DNA of 64,000 nucleotides. Source: an uncultured Eubacteriales bacterium. GTDB lineage: Bacteria > Bacillota > Clostridia > Christensenellales > CAG-138. Below the pieces are notes generated by a model that saw nothing but the letters and a program-made list of their open reading frames with translations, ran no database searches and was not told where the DNA came from. The position numbers were made by a program, and so were the translations under genes. The stretch covers positions 3,687 to 67,686 of the forward strand of contig CACWYB010000023.1 in assembly GCA_902765005.1 (NCBI GenBank). The letters run 5' to 3'. Numbering within the stretch: position 1 is the stretch's first letter; each line of letters begins with the position of its first letter. Below, one piece after another: positions 48,968-58,410 of the stretch.

Positions 48968-49940
48968 CTTCCGCTTCCGGGGCAGCCGCTTCCGCCGGCT
49001 CCGCCTTGGGCGCGAGGACCTGGGCCCGTATATCGTGATCCGGCGGGTCCATGGCCAGGTTGAAGGCGGCCAGGGCCACCTCCACCATGTCCGCGGTGGG
49101 CTCGGCGGTGGTGATATGCTGCAGAGCCAGGCCGGGGGCCCGGACGGCTCGCGCCAGCCACCCGTCGGAGGCGGCGGCGGCTTTTAAGACCTCGTAGGCA
49201 AGGCCCGCCACCAGGGGGATGAACAGAAGCCGGGTAATCACCCGGGGCAAAAAGGCTCGGACCGGGATGCAGGCGAAGAACAGGATGGACACCATCATGA
49301 CCAGAAACAGGTAGTTGGTGCCGCAGCGGGGATGGAGCCGGGTGTAGCGGAGGATGTTCTCCGGGGTCATGTCCCCCCCCGCCTCATAGCAGGCGATGGT
49401 CTTATGCTCCGCCCCGTGGTACATGAACACCCGGCGGATGTCCTTGATCCGGGACACGGCCAGCAGATACCCCAGGAAGATGAGGAGCCGGGCCACCCCC
49501 TCCAGCAGGCTCACCAGGAACCCGCTTTCGATTTTGAAAAAGCTCACCGCCAGGGAGGGCAGCACCACGAAGAGCCCCACCGCCAGCGCCGCCGCCAGGA
49601 CCACGGCCACGGTCATGGCCATATCCCCCGCGGACTTGCCCAGCTTTTGGGAGAGCCACCTTTCGAACTTGCTGGGCTCCTCCTCCATCTCCTCCCCCAG
49701 CAGCTCCGCGCTGCGCGTGGTGATCTTCATCCCTCCGGCCAACGCCTCCACAAAGGCGTACACCCCCCGGACCACGGGCCAGGTGGGAAAGCTGCCCTTC
49801 TTGTGCTGGTTTTTATTCTGATAGTATTCGGTGACGATGGTGCCGTCGCTCTGGCGCACGGCCAGGGCGGTGCCGTTTTGAGGGTTCTTCATCATGACCC
49901 CCTCCATGACGGCCTGGCCGCCCACGGCGCATCTCTTCAT
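48954..49940 (-). CDS. DUF1385 family membrane protein
   Basis: VGGQAVMEGVMM, YHGAEHK and HPRCGT motifs; usual position upstream of prmC. Confidence 0.88.
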   Translation of the reverse strand: MKRCAVGGQAVMEGVMMKNPQNGTALAVRQSDGTIVTEYYQNKNQHKKGSFPTWPVVRGVYAFVEALAGGMKITTRSAELLGEEMEEEPSKFERWLSQKLGKSAGDMAMTVAVVLAAALAVGLFVVLPSLAVSFFKIESGFLVSLLEGVARLLIFLGYLLAVSRIKDIRRVFMYHGAEHKTIACYEAGGDMTPENILRYTRLHPRCGTNYLFLVMMVSILFFACIPVRAFLPRVITRLLFIPLVAGLAYEVLKAAAASDGWLARAVRAPGLALQHITTAEPTADMVEVALAAFNLAMDPPDHDIRAQVLAPKAEPAEAAAPEAEDEQA

Positions 49941-50089
49941 AGCTTCCTGTCCCTTCCGCCCCGGATGGCCCGGGGCATACTGATTTGATGATATCATACC
50001 ATACCCTGCCCCCGGCCGCAAGGCATATCCGCTTTGCGGGTAAAGGAAAAGCCGCCGGCGGGGCCGGCGGCTCGGGGTTTCTCTCTGTT

Positions 50090-51511
50090 TTACGGCAGTT
50101 CCAGGGGGAAGGAAAGAAGGGACTGATAGGAAGTGGTGATGTCCCAGCCGTTCTCAGGGAAGGTGGTCTGCTTCCAGGTGTCGCCCACGGGCTCCTCGTT
50201 GAAGCTGTTCACGGCGTGGAGGGCCAGGCGGACGGTGACGCCCCGCTGTTTCAGGACTTCATAGTCCGAGGGGAAGAGGGGCAAGATCACCGTGTAGGCG
50301 AGGGTGCCGTCCTCCTGGACGACCACCTCCGGGAAGGCGGGCTCATAGACGGTGTCGTCCCCGCCCAGGGTATAGCTCACGGACATGCCCTGGAATTTGC
50401 CCCTCTCGTTGGTGGGGTCAAGGAGGCTGCGCCGCATCTGAGCGGTCCAGTCGACCGGCGCTTCCTTCACCCGGTAGCTCAGGTAGACGCCGGTGCTGCG
50501 GAAGCTGGTCGTTTCCTCCAGCACCACGCCGTCAAGGTTCACGGGCTGGTTCCACATGGTGTCGTAATCCATGGTGAGCACGGCGTTTCCGGACAGGCTC
50601 CGCTCGATGGTTTTTGTGTTCGCATTGGTGGCGGCCAGGGCCCCGTCCAGGTCGAAGGAGAAGGTGTAATAGATGGTCCCCAGGGTGCCGATGTGGGCCA
50701 TATCATCCACGTTCACATCCATAACGGATATTTCGGAGGTGAAGCTGATTCGCCCGCTGCCGATAAGGGGGCCGTTCAGGTTGTACTCGCTGTGGAGGGT
50801 GATTCCGTCCTCGGCAAAGGTCTCCTCCATGAGGCCGGTCTCACTGTTGACGGTGGCGATCCTCTCCCCCGTGTCCGTGTACACTGTCTGCTCCGTAAAT
50901 GCGTCCAGCCACTTGTCTCCGTGCTGCTCCTGAGAGAAGGCGGCGGCGTGGTCCGTGTTCAGGCGGATGGTGTAGGCGAAGGTGGTGCCGTCATAAAGGA
51001 CCTCCTGTATCTCGGGCCGAATATCCCGGACCCAGGCCCAATCCGCCTCGTCGTACTTCTTCTGGTCCATCTTCACACGCCACTGGTTCAGGGTGTCGGC
51101 GTCCTCCATCTCGGGCAGCATGACCACATTCACGCCCTCGCCCTTCGGCGCGGCGTCCTTCACCACCTGCTCGATCTCTGGGACCGCGGAGGCTTCGGTC
51201 CGCTGCTCGGGGGGCGTGTCCAGATAGTCCCCGGGCTTGTAGTCGTCCCGGTGGAGCCAGCCCGCCACAGCGTAGGCCGTGCCGGACAGCAGCAGCACCA
51301 GGGCTAAACTGGCCGCCCCGAAGGCCACCGGAGACCGGCGCATGAACCGGCCCACCCAGGCTAAAGGAGGCGTTTCAATGCTGTCCAGGGTCCGGCGGAC
51401 CGCCTCCCGGCTCCGGCGGGGTGGCTGGGGCCGGCTCTCCTTGAGCAGGGCGCACAGGGGATCGAGCCTCAGCTCCCGTTCCTGCTCCACGATGTTTTCC
51501 TTATATTCCAT
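50090..51511 (-). CDS. Putative anti-sigma factor (single TM, large extracellular domain)
   Basis: Overlaps the ECF sigma stop; short cytoplasmic N-terminus, TM ending GTAYA. Confidence 0.65.
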   Translation of the reverse strand: MEYKENIVEQERELRLDPLCALLKESRPQPPRRSREAVRRTLDSIETPPLAWVGRFMRRSPVAFGAASLALVLLLSGTAYAVAGWLHRDDYKPGDYLDTPPEQRTEASAVPEIEQVVKDAAPKGEGVNVVMLPEMEDADTLNQWRVKMDQKKYDEADWAWVRDIRPEIQEVLYDGTTFAYTIRLNTDHAAAFSQEQHGDKWLDAFTEQTVYTDTGERIATVNSETGLMEETFAEDGITLHSEYNLNGPLIGSGRISFTSEISVMDVNVDDMAHIGTLGTIYYTFSFDLDGALAATNANTKTIERSLSGNAVLTMDYDTMWNQPVNLDGVVLEETTSFRSTGVYLSYRVKEAPVDWTAQMRRSLLDPTNERGKFQGMSVSYTLGGDDTVYEPAFPEVVVQEDGTLAYTVILPLFPSDYEVLKQRGVTVRLALHAVNSFNEEPVGDTWKQTTFPENGWDITTSYQSLLSFPLELP

Positions 51512-51998
51512 ACTCTTTCAACTCCTCTCTCAGCCGTGCCCGCCCCCGGTAGAGGTGGGAGACCACGGTGCCCTCCGGCATGTCCAGCACCCGGGCAATG
51601 TCCGCCACGGGCATATCCTCAAAGTAGAACAGCATCACCGGCAGCCGGTATTTTTCAGGCAGGGCCTGGACCGCCCGGCGCACATCCAGCTTCAGCTCCT
51701 TATCCCGGGGCGCCTCGGCCAGATTCTCGTCCAGCGCCAGGGTGAAGCCCCGGCGGGCCATGTTTCGGCTCTCGTTGACGGCGATCTTCACCAGCCAGGC
51801 CTTGAAGCTGCCGCTGTCCTTCACGCTCCGGCGGGAGCGCCAACCCTTCAAAAGGGCGCTTTGGACCGCGTCCGCCGCGGCATCCCAGTTGCCCAGGACC
51901 CCGTAGCTCACCGTGAGCAGGAGCCGCTCCAGAGGGGCCGCCGCCTGGGAAAAGCCCTCACGGGTGGTGATGTCGGTTGTGTTCGGTCGTTCTGTCAT
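51501..51998 (-). CDS. ECF RNA polymerase sigma factor
   Basis: AADAVQ, FKAWLVKIAVN, LPEKYR and PEGTVVSHLYRGR motifs; AAAGGA RBS. Confidence 0.9.
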   Translation of the reverse strand: MTERPNTTDITTREGFSQAAAPLERLLLTVSYGVLGNWDAAADAVQSALLKGWRSRRSVKDSGSFKAWLVKIAVNESRNMARRGFTLALDENLAEAPRDKELKLDVRRAVQALPEKYRLPVMLFYFEDMPVADIARVLDMPEGTVVSHLYRGRARLREELKEYGI

Positions 51999-52031
51999 AG
52001 GGTTTCCTTTCTTGAAACGCGCTTCTGTCAA

Positions 52032-52061
52032 TAGGACACGAGAGGCGGGCGAAAGATTGCA
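52032..52061 (-). promoter_or_regulatory. Possible ECF-type autoregulatory promoter
   Basis: TGCAATC...CGTGTCCTATT upstream of the sigma gene. Confidence 0.35.
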
Positions 52062-52107
52062 GGGAATGAAAAAGAAGCGGGGGCGCCGCTTCTTTTTTTC
52101 TTTTGGA

Positions 52108-54306
52108 TCACCAGAGCCAGAGCACGTATCGGAGGAACCAGAGTTTGTACCAGGGGAGGCGCTGCTCCAGCTCCTTGCGGGCGGCCTTCACAAAGCCGGC
52201 CATGGCCCGCTTCTGCTTCTCCCCAAAGGCGTGGTCGGAGAAGGCGGCCTCGTCGGCCAGGACGGCGGCCTCCTCCGGGGCGACGGCCCCCCGGCGGGTG
52301 AGCTTCATAAGCTCCCCATAGCCGTAGAGCACGGCCTGCCGGCCCTCCCCCTGGAGCATGCGGGCGTTGCGGTTCTTGCACACCTGCTGCCGCAGACGGA
52401 TATAGAGGAAGATGAGAGCCGGCACCAGCAATAGCCACAGCAGGTGGACCGCCCAGCCCGGGTTTTCCGTTCCAGGCTCGTCCGGGTTCGGGGTGGCCGC
52501 GCCGCCCTCCGGGGGCTCCGGCGTGGGCTCGGGGGTGGGCTCCGGCGTGGGGGTGATCTCCACGGCGGGAGAGTCGTCCGGGCCGGGGGTGGGCTCCTCC
52601 GTGGGTTTGGGGGTGGGCTCCGGGCCGGGGGTGGGCTCCTCCGTGGGCGCGGGGGTCTGAGGCTCCGGCTCCTCCCCGGGGTCGGTGGTGGGGGCGGGTA
52701 GATCCCAGCCCGGGTCGTCCCCGCCGGTGGCCTCCACGGGCACCCAGCCCCAGCCGTTCACATAGACCTCCACCCAGGCATGGGCGTTGTGATCCGTGAC
52801 CTCGGCGTAGGTCTCCGCCGCCTCCAGGGTGAGGGCGTAGCCGGTGACGAACCGGGCGGGCACCCCCTTGGCCTGCAGGAGGGCGGCCACGGCGCTGGCG
52901 TAGTGGACGCAGTAGCCCCGCTTGCTGACGGTGAGGAAATAGAGGGCGAAGTCCTCCCCCTGGGGGATGGGGCCGGGGTTCAGGTCATACTCCGCCATGC
53001 CCTGGACGATGGCGGCGACGGCCTGGGCCAGGGCGTAGGGGTCCTGGGCGTCGGGGAGCTCATAGGGCTTCAAAAAGTCCAGCAGCGCCTCCCGGCGGGC
53101 GGAGGCAAGGTTGGTGTAGGCGGATTTGGCCCAGGCGGCGTAGTCCTGCTCGGCGCTGTTCCCCTGCCGGGGCTGCAGCTGGGCCGGTACGTTGCGGAAG
53201 GCCCAGGCGTAGGCTTCGGGCTTGTCGTTGTTGAGGATGTAGTTCTCCCGGATGTCCCCCCAGATCCCCTCCTTCACCACGGCATAAGGGGTGTAGATGA
53301 GGGTGGAATCGGCGTTGGCCACCACGATTCGCTCCGTGTCCCCGGGCAGGGAGCCGCCCAGGGTGAACAGGGCCTCCCCCCGGGCGTATTCGTTGGTGAA
53401 GCTCCAGTACCGGCCGTCGTACCGGCCGTAGGAGGTACCCCTCAGGTAGAGCCGGCCGGGCTGGCTGCTCTTCACGTCCAGGATATGGGTGCCCTCGGAT
53501 TGGCGCTCCCCCTCCCGGGACAGGTCCTCCCGTTCGTTCACGTCCCGGTCCAGGAGCCGGTTCAGCTTCTCCCAGGCGCTGGCCGCCTGCCGCAGGAGCT
53601 GGTCCACGTTCTCCTCCGTGGACCGGGGCTCATACTGCTCCGGGGGCAGGAGCCGGATGAGGAGCAGTATGCCCAGCAGCAGGGAGAGGATGGCCAATAT
53701 GGTCACCCGGCCGATGCCGTTTCCCTTGTGGAGCCGAAGGCCTCCGGAGAAGAACACCCCGCCGAAGTAGAGGCACACCAGCACGCAGGCCCAGCCCGCG
53801 GGGGGCAGATCGGTGTAGATGAGGGAAAGGCCCACCAGGGGCAGGGGCACCAGCATGGGCAAAAACATGGACTCCCCGGAGACCAGGCCCCAGCTGATGA
53901 GCAGGGACATGGCCACCATGACCGCGCCCACAAAGAAGCCGATGAAGTAGGCGTAGTCCTCCACCCCGGCGGGCATGGTGCCCGGGTTGGGGATGAAGGA
54001 GATGGTGTGGGAGAGGATGGCCTGGATGCTGCGGATGGCCAAGGCGGCGCCGCTGTAGAGCTTGCGCCAGCGGAAGATGCTGATGAGCAGGACCGTGGCG
54101 CCGAAGGGGATGAGCAGATAGGCCCCCAGCTCGGGCAGGGTGAACAGCAGCGTCATGAACCCGCTGATGATCAGGGCGCAGATCACGATGGCGAAGGTGT
54201 GGTAGGGCAGATCGTAGGCCGTGATCACGCACATGGGGGCGCCCAGGGTGCCGCAGAAGACCAGCAGCCAGGTGCCGAAGAAGCGCAGGTAGGGGAATTT
54301 TTTCAT
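52108..54306 (-). CDS. Membrane transglutaminase-like domain protein
   Basis: Multi-TM N-terminus; RGYCVHYASA, GVPARFVTGY and HAWVEVY motifs; PTPEP repeats then TM. Confidence 0.88.
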   Translation of the reverse strand: MKKFPYLRFFGTWLLVFCGTLGAPMCVITAYDLPYHTFAIVICALIISGFMTLLFTLPELGAYLLIPFGATVLLISIFRWRKLYSGAALAIRSIQAILSHTISFIPNPGTMPAGVEDYAYFIGFFVGAVMVAMSLLISWGLVSGESMFLPMLVPLPLVGLSLIYTDLPPAGWACVLVCLYFGGVFFSGGLRLHKGNGIGRVTILAILSLLLGILLLIRLLPPEQYEPRSTEENVDQLLRQAASAWEKLNRLLDRDVNEREDLSREGERQSEGTHILDVKSSQPGRLYLRGTSYGRYDGRYWSFTNEYARGEALFTLGGSLPGDTERIVVANADSTLIYTPYAVVKEGIWGDIRENYILNNDKPEAYAWAFRNVPAQLQPRQGNSAEQDYAAWAKSAYTNLASARREALLDFLKPYELPDAQDPYALAQAVAAIVQGMAEYDLNPGPIPQGEDFALYFLTVSKRGYCVHYASAVAALLQAKGVPARFVTGYALTLEAAETYAEVTDHNAHAWVEVYVNGWGWVPVEATGGDDPGWDLPAPTTDPGEEPEPQTPAPTEEPTPGPEPTPKPTEEPTPGPDDSPAVEITPTPEPTPEPTPEPPEGGAATPNPDEPGTENPGWAVHLLWLLLVPALIFLYIRLRQQVCKNRNARMLQGEGRQAVLYGYGELMKLTRRGAVAPEEAAVLADEAAFSDHAFGEKQKRAMAGFVKAARKELEQRLPWYKLWFLRYVLWLW

Positions 54307-55271
54307 GGGCGCTTACCCCCTTCCCCCACCAGGGGCCGGATGCTGTAGACCAGCTCGTCGGGCTTGTTTCGATCCACGGGGCCCCGGGTGCCGTCGGGAC
54401 GGGCGGACAGGATCTGGAGCATGCACTCGTCCAGGCTGTTTTTGTCCCGAACGTAGGCGTTCATGTGAGCCCCGTAGCAGATGCGGTGGGGCACGCCCTT
54501 GTCGATCAGATCCTGGCTCAGATACAGCAGCTGATCCAGCTGGCTTTCCAGCTGCTTCTGGGTGCCCCGGGGGGTGACGGACAGGGCCACCCGCTTGCGC
54601 TTCATGAGCTGGGGCTCCCGGACGATGGGATCGTCCAGCTTGGAGGAGAGCTTCCAGTGGATCATGTTGAGGGGGTCCCCCTGCCGATAGGGCCTAAGCT
54701 CATGCTCCTCGGAGTAGCCGCCGCCGGGCTTGGGCTTGAGGCACAGGGCGGAATCCTGATCCAGCTCCGGCATGGGCACGGGCTTTGTGGCCTCGGGGAG
54801 CACGGCGTAGGTGGCCGGGTCGCAGCGCTTGACGGGCAGGAAGAAGATGCCCATGTAGTCCCAGGCGCGCAGCTTGCTCACGGCGCAGGAGATGACGCCG
54901 CAGTGGTCGCTGGGCAGGCTCAGGGCCTCCTCCGCCTGCAGCACCCCCCAGAAGGTGAACTTCTGCCTCTTCAGGGCCGCACCGCTGAACTTGTTCTCCC
55001 CGGTGAACACGAAGGAAAGGCAGCCCACGGGCAGGAAGAACCGGCTGTCGATCTTGATCCGGGCGGCGGCAGCCTCCCCCCGGGGAGAGGCCCCGGAGGC
55101 GGACAGGTGCACCCTGACCCGGAGCATGGCCGGCAGGCTGACCAGCAGGGAGACGAAGGGCATAAGGATCAAAAAGCGTACGAGAATAAAGGACAGATAC
55201 TGTCCGTACAGGCTATGGAACGCCACGCCGAAAAGGAGCGCCGTTATGTATGCGATCCGGCGGCCAGCCAT
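54303..55271 (-). CDS. DUF58 domain protein
   Basis: LRPYRQGDPLNMIHWKLSSK motif. Confidence 0.88.
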   Translation of the reverse strand: MAGRRIAYITALLFGVAFHSLYGQYLSFILVRFLILMPFVSLLVSLPAMLRVRVHLSASGASPRGEAAAARIKIDSRFFLPVGCLSFVFTGENKFSGAALKRQKFTFWGVLQAEEALSLPSDHCGVISCAVSKLRAWDYMGIFFLPVKRCDPATYAVLPEATKPVPMPELDQDSALCLKPKPGGGYSEEHELRPYRQGDPLNMIHWKLSSKLDDPIVREPQLMKRKRVALSVTPRGTQKQLESQLDQLLYLSQDLIDKGVPHRICYGAHMNAYVRDKNSLDECMLQILSARPDGTRGPVDRNKPDELVYSIRPLVGEGGKRP

Positions 55272-56201
55272 TTATTTTGCCACGGGGGCGGGCACGGATT
55301 TGAGCACGTCCTCGATGACGGCCTCGCTCTTGCGGCCGGCGGCCTCCGCGTCCGGGGTCAGGATGATCCGGTGGGTAACGGTGGCGGGATAGATAAGCTT
55401 CACATCCGCCGGGAGCACATAGTCCCGCCCCTGGACCCAGGCCGCGGCCTTGGCCATGGAGGTGACCGCCAGGGACGCCCGGGGGCTGGCCCCCTGGAGG
55501 ATGGCGGGGTTGGTGCGGGTGGCGTTGTTCAGACGGATGACGTATTCCAGGATCTTTTCGCTCACATAGGTCTTCTCCGCCTCCTGGCGCATGGCGTGCA
55601 GGCCCCCCTTGTCCGCCATGCAGCGCACGTTATCCAGGGGGTTGCCCAGCTGCTTGCGGGAGAGCATCTCCTTCTCGTCGGAGGGCTTGGGGTACCCGAG
55701 AGACAGGCGGACCATGAACCGGTCCATCTGGGAATCGGGCAGCAGCTGGGTGCCGGAAGCGCCCACCGGGTTCTGGGTGGCGATGACCACGAAGGGATCG
55801 GGCACGGGATGGGTGACCCCGTCCACGGTGACGGTCCGCTCCTCCATGGCCTCCAGGAGGGCCGACTGGGTCCGGCTGGTGGCCCGGTTCAGCTCGTCCG
55901 CCAGGAACAGGTTGCAGAGGATGGCGCCGTCCTTATACTCCATGGCGCCGGTGGCCTTGTTGTACACGGAGAAGCCCACGATGTCCGAGGGCAGCACGTC
56001 CGGGGTGAACTGGACCCGGTTGTATTTCAGGCTCAGGGCCTTGCTGAAGGCCAGGGCCATGGTGGTCTTGCCCACGCCGGGGATGTCCTCCAGGAGGATG
56101 TGTCCTCCGGCCAGGATGGCCAGCAGCGCCATGACCAGCACGCCGTCCTTGCCCACAACCGCTTTCTTTACTTCGTCCAGGATGCCTTTGGGATCGTTCA
56201 T
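55272..56201 (-). CDS. MoxR family AAA+ ATPase
   Basis: DIPGVGKT, QFTPDVLPSD, DELNRA..TQSALLEAM and ATQNP motifs. Confidence 0.95.
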   Translation of the reverse strand: MNDPKGILDEVKKAVVGKDGVLVMALLAILAGGHILLEDIPGVGKTTMALAFSKALSLKYNRVQFTPDVLPSDIVGFSVYNKATGAMEYKDGAILCNLFLADELNRATSRTQSALLEAMEERTVTVDGVTHPVPDPFVVIATQNPVGASGTQLLPDSQMDRFMVRLSLGYPKPSDEKEMLSRKQLGNPLDNVRCMADKGGLHAMRQEAEKTYVSEKILEYVIRLNNATRTNPAILQGASPRASLAVTSMAKAAAWVQGRDYVLPADVKLIYPATVTHRIILTPDAEAAGRKSEAVIEDVLKSVPAPVAK

Positions 56202-56375
56202 ATATTCCTCCCGCCTTTTGGCGCAATGATTCTACGTATACATTGTAATCGAATATGTCACAAAATTGCAACATGGAGGTAAACTTCGCGTTAAACTTGA
56301 AAAAAGTTTACAAAAGCCGGAAAAGCAAGCGGTCGGCGGGAAGCTCGCCGACCGCGGATGGATGGTTCTGCCGGA

Positions 56376-57320
56376 TTATTCCAGCTTCAACAGCTGCTGC
56401 CGGGCCAGGCGTTCCCGTCGCTTTTGGGCGCTGACCACCACATAGACCATCATGACGATGGTGATGAGGTAGGGGATGGTGCCCGTAAGGTCGGAGCTGA
56501 TGTAGTTCTGCAGGCGAAGGCCCAGCGCGTCGAAGAAGCCGAACATGAGGGCGGCCAGGTAGGCCTTGGGCGGGTTCGCCGCGGCGAAGATCACGCAGGC
56601 AAAGGCGATGTAGCCCCGGGAGGCGCTCATGCCCTCCACGAAGGAGCCGTTGAGATAGCCCAGGGAAAGGTGGGCCCCCGCCAGGCCGCAGAACACCCCG
56701 CAGAGGATGGAGGCGATCCACTTCATGCGCTCCGGGTTCTTGCCGGCGGTGCGCAAGGTCTCCGGGGATTCCCCGGCGGCCCGGATCCACAGGCCCACAG
56801 GGGTCCTGTAGACGAAGAGCCACATGAGGAGCACCAGCACCCAGGTGGCGTACACGAACACGGAGTGGCCGCTGAGGATATCCCCCACGAAGGGAATGGA
56901 CCGGATGAGGGGGATGCGGACGACGGGCAGGCTGGGCACGGCGTAGCCGGAGGTGCCGGAGAGCCCGAAGATCTCCCGGGAGAGAAAGGCGGTGACGCCC
57001 ATGGCGAAGGTGTTCAGGGCGCAGCCGATGATGAACTCGTCGCTCTTGAGCTTCACGGTGAACAGGGCGAAGAACAGGCCGATGAGCACGCCGAAGAGGA
57101 CGGCGGCCAACACGCCCAGGAAGGCGGAGGCCAGAAAGTAGCTGGCCACGGCCCCCACAAAGGCCCCCATGAGGATCATGCCGTCCATGCCGATGTTCAT
57201 GATGCCCGCGTGCTCGGTCATAAGGCCGCCGAGAGCCGCCAGGGCCACCGGGGTGGCGCTGCGGAACATCTGGTTGAAGGTGCCCGCGGAAAAGATGGTG
57301 GACCAGATAGTATTATGCAT
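56376..57320 (-). CDS. Nucleoside ABC transporter permease (NupC/YufQ-like)
   Basis: AGIMNIGMDG, RAAGESP and RGYIA motifs. Confidence 0.88.
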   Translation of the reverse strand: MHNTIWSTIFSAGTFNQMFRSATPVALAALGGLMTEHAGIMNIGMDGMILMGAFVGAVASYFLASAFLGVLAAVLFGVLIGLFFALFTVKLKSDEFIIGCALNTFAMGVTAFLSREIFGLSGTSGYAVPSLPVVRIPLIRSIPFVGDILSGHSVFVYATWVLVLLMWLFVYRTPVGLWIRAAGESPETLRTAGKNPERMKWIASILCGVFCGLAGAHLSLGYLNGSFVEGMSASRGYIAFACVIFAAANPPKAYLAALMFGFFDALGLRLQNYISSDLTGTIPYLITIVMMVYVVVSAQKRRERLARQQLLKLE

Positions 57321-58410
57321 GCTCGACCCCTCCCTTGCTCCGCTCTTTCACGTCCTGCCGGGCAGCCCGCTTTTCCCGGGCCCGGGCGATGCCGGCCCGG
57401 ATGCCGGTCTCCGCCGCCATGCAGAAGATGACCACGGTCTGAATGATGAGGTACAGCTGCTTGGGCACCCCGGCGGCGGTCTCCATGCCCATGGCGCCGA
57501 TCTTCAAGACGGCGAAGATGAGGGAGATGATGATGGTGGGCACGGGCTGATACTGGGCGATCATGGCCACCATGAGGCCCTCGAAGTAGTATTCGTTGGA
57601 GACGGTGGACTTGTAGATGTGCTCCGCTCCGTAGACCCGGAACATGCCCACCAGGCCGCACATCATGCCGGAGACGATCATGGTGATAAGCACGATCCTG
57701 TCCGTCTTCAGGCCCGCGTATTTGGCGAAGCGGGGGTTGTCGCCGGTGAGGCGCATCTCGTAGCCCTTGCTGGTCTTCTGCAGGATGTACCACACGAAGA
57801 AGGTCATGACGGCCGCGGCGATGATGGCGGTGGAGAGGTTGGAGCCGGGCACCAGCTTGGTGAGCCAGAAGCCGCTGGGCAGGTTCTCCGTGCCGGCCAC
57901 GATGTTTTTGTTGGCGTTCTTCCAGGGGCCCTTGGCCAAAAACTGGCAGATGAACACGGCGACGGTGTTCAGCATGATGGTGGTGATGACCTCGTTCACC
58001 TTCTGCTTCACCTTGAGATAGCCGGGGATGAAGGCGTAGAACCCGCCCACGGCCATGGCGCCCAGGGCCGCGCAGGGGATGGCCAGGTAGGGGGAAGCCC
58101 CCTTCATCCACACGCCGATCTGGGCCGCGAAGATGGCGCCCAGCAGGAGCTGGCCCTCGCCGCCCACGTTGAAGATGCCCACCCGGGAGCCGATGTCGCA
58201 GGCCAGGCCGCACAGGCACAGGACCATGGCGTATTCCAGCATGTCGCCGATGTGGCGGGCGTTGGAGAAGGCGCCGCCCAGCAGGGCCCCGTAGGCCTTC
58301 AGGGGATCGTGGCCGGTGACGGCCAGGATGACGGCGCCGATGAGCAGGGCCACCGCAAGGCTTATGAGCAGGGTCACGATATACCCCAAATCGATCCAGC
58401 GTTTTTTCAT
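57313..58410 (-). CDS. Nucleoside ABC transporter permease (NupB/YufP-like)
   Basis: FNVGGEGQ, NEVITTIMLN and GDNPRFAKYAG motifs. Confidence 0.88.
   Translation of the reverse strand: MKKRWIDLGYIVTLLISLAVALLIGAVILAVTGHDPLKAYGALLGGAFSNARHIGDMLEYAMVLCLCGLACDIGSRVGIFNVGGEGQLLLGAIFAAQIGVWMKGASPYLAIPCAALGAMAVGGFYAFIPGYLKVKQKVNEVITTIMLNTVAVFICQFLAKGPWKNANKNIVAGTENLPSGFWLTKLVPGSNLSTAIIAAAVMTFFVWYILQKTSKGYEMRLTGDNPRFAKYAGLKTDRIVLITMIVSGMMCGLVGMFRVYGAEHIYKSTVSNEYYFEGLMVAMIAQYQPVPTIIISLIFAVLKIGAMGMETAAGVPKQLYLIIQTVVIFCMAAETGIRAGIARAREKRAARQDVKERSKGGVEHA

Noticed and set aside
52500-52700. PTPEP/PTEEP repeats as a mobile or regulatory repeat
   Set aside because: Ordinary proline-rich linker within the transglutaminase-like CDS.
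56225-56275. TTACAA-like repeats upstream of moxR as a fourth regulon member
   Set aside because: Half-sites are degenerate (TTGCAA, TGACAT, TTACAA) and spacing is off the 11-bp period.
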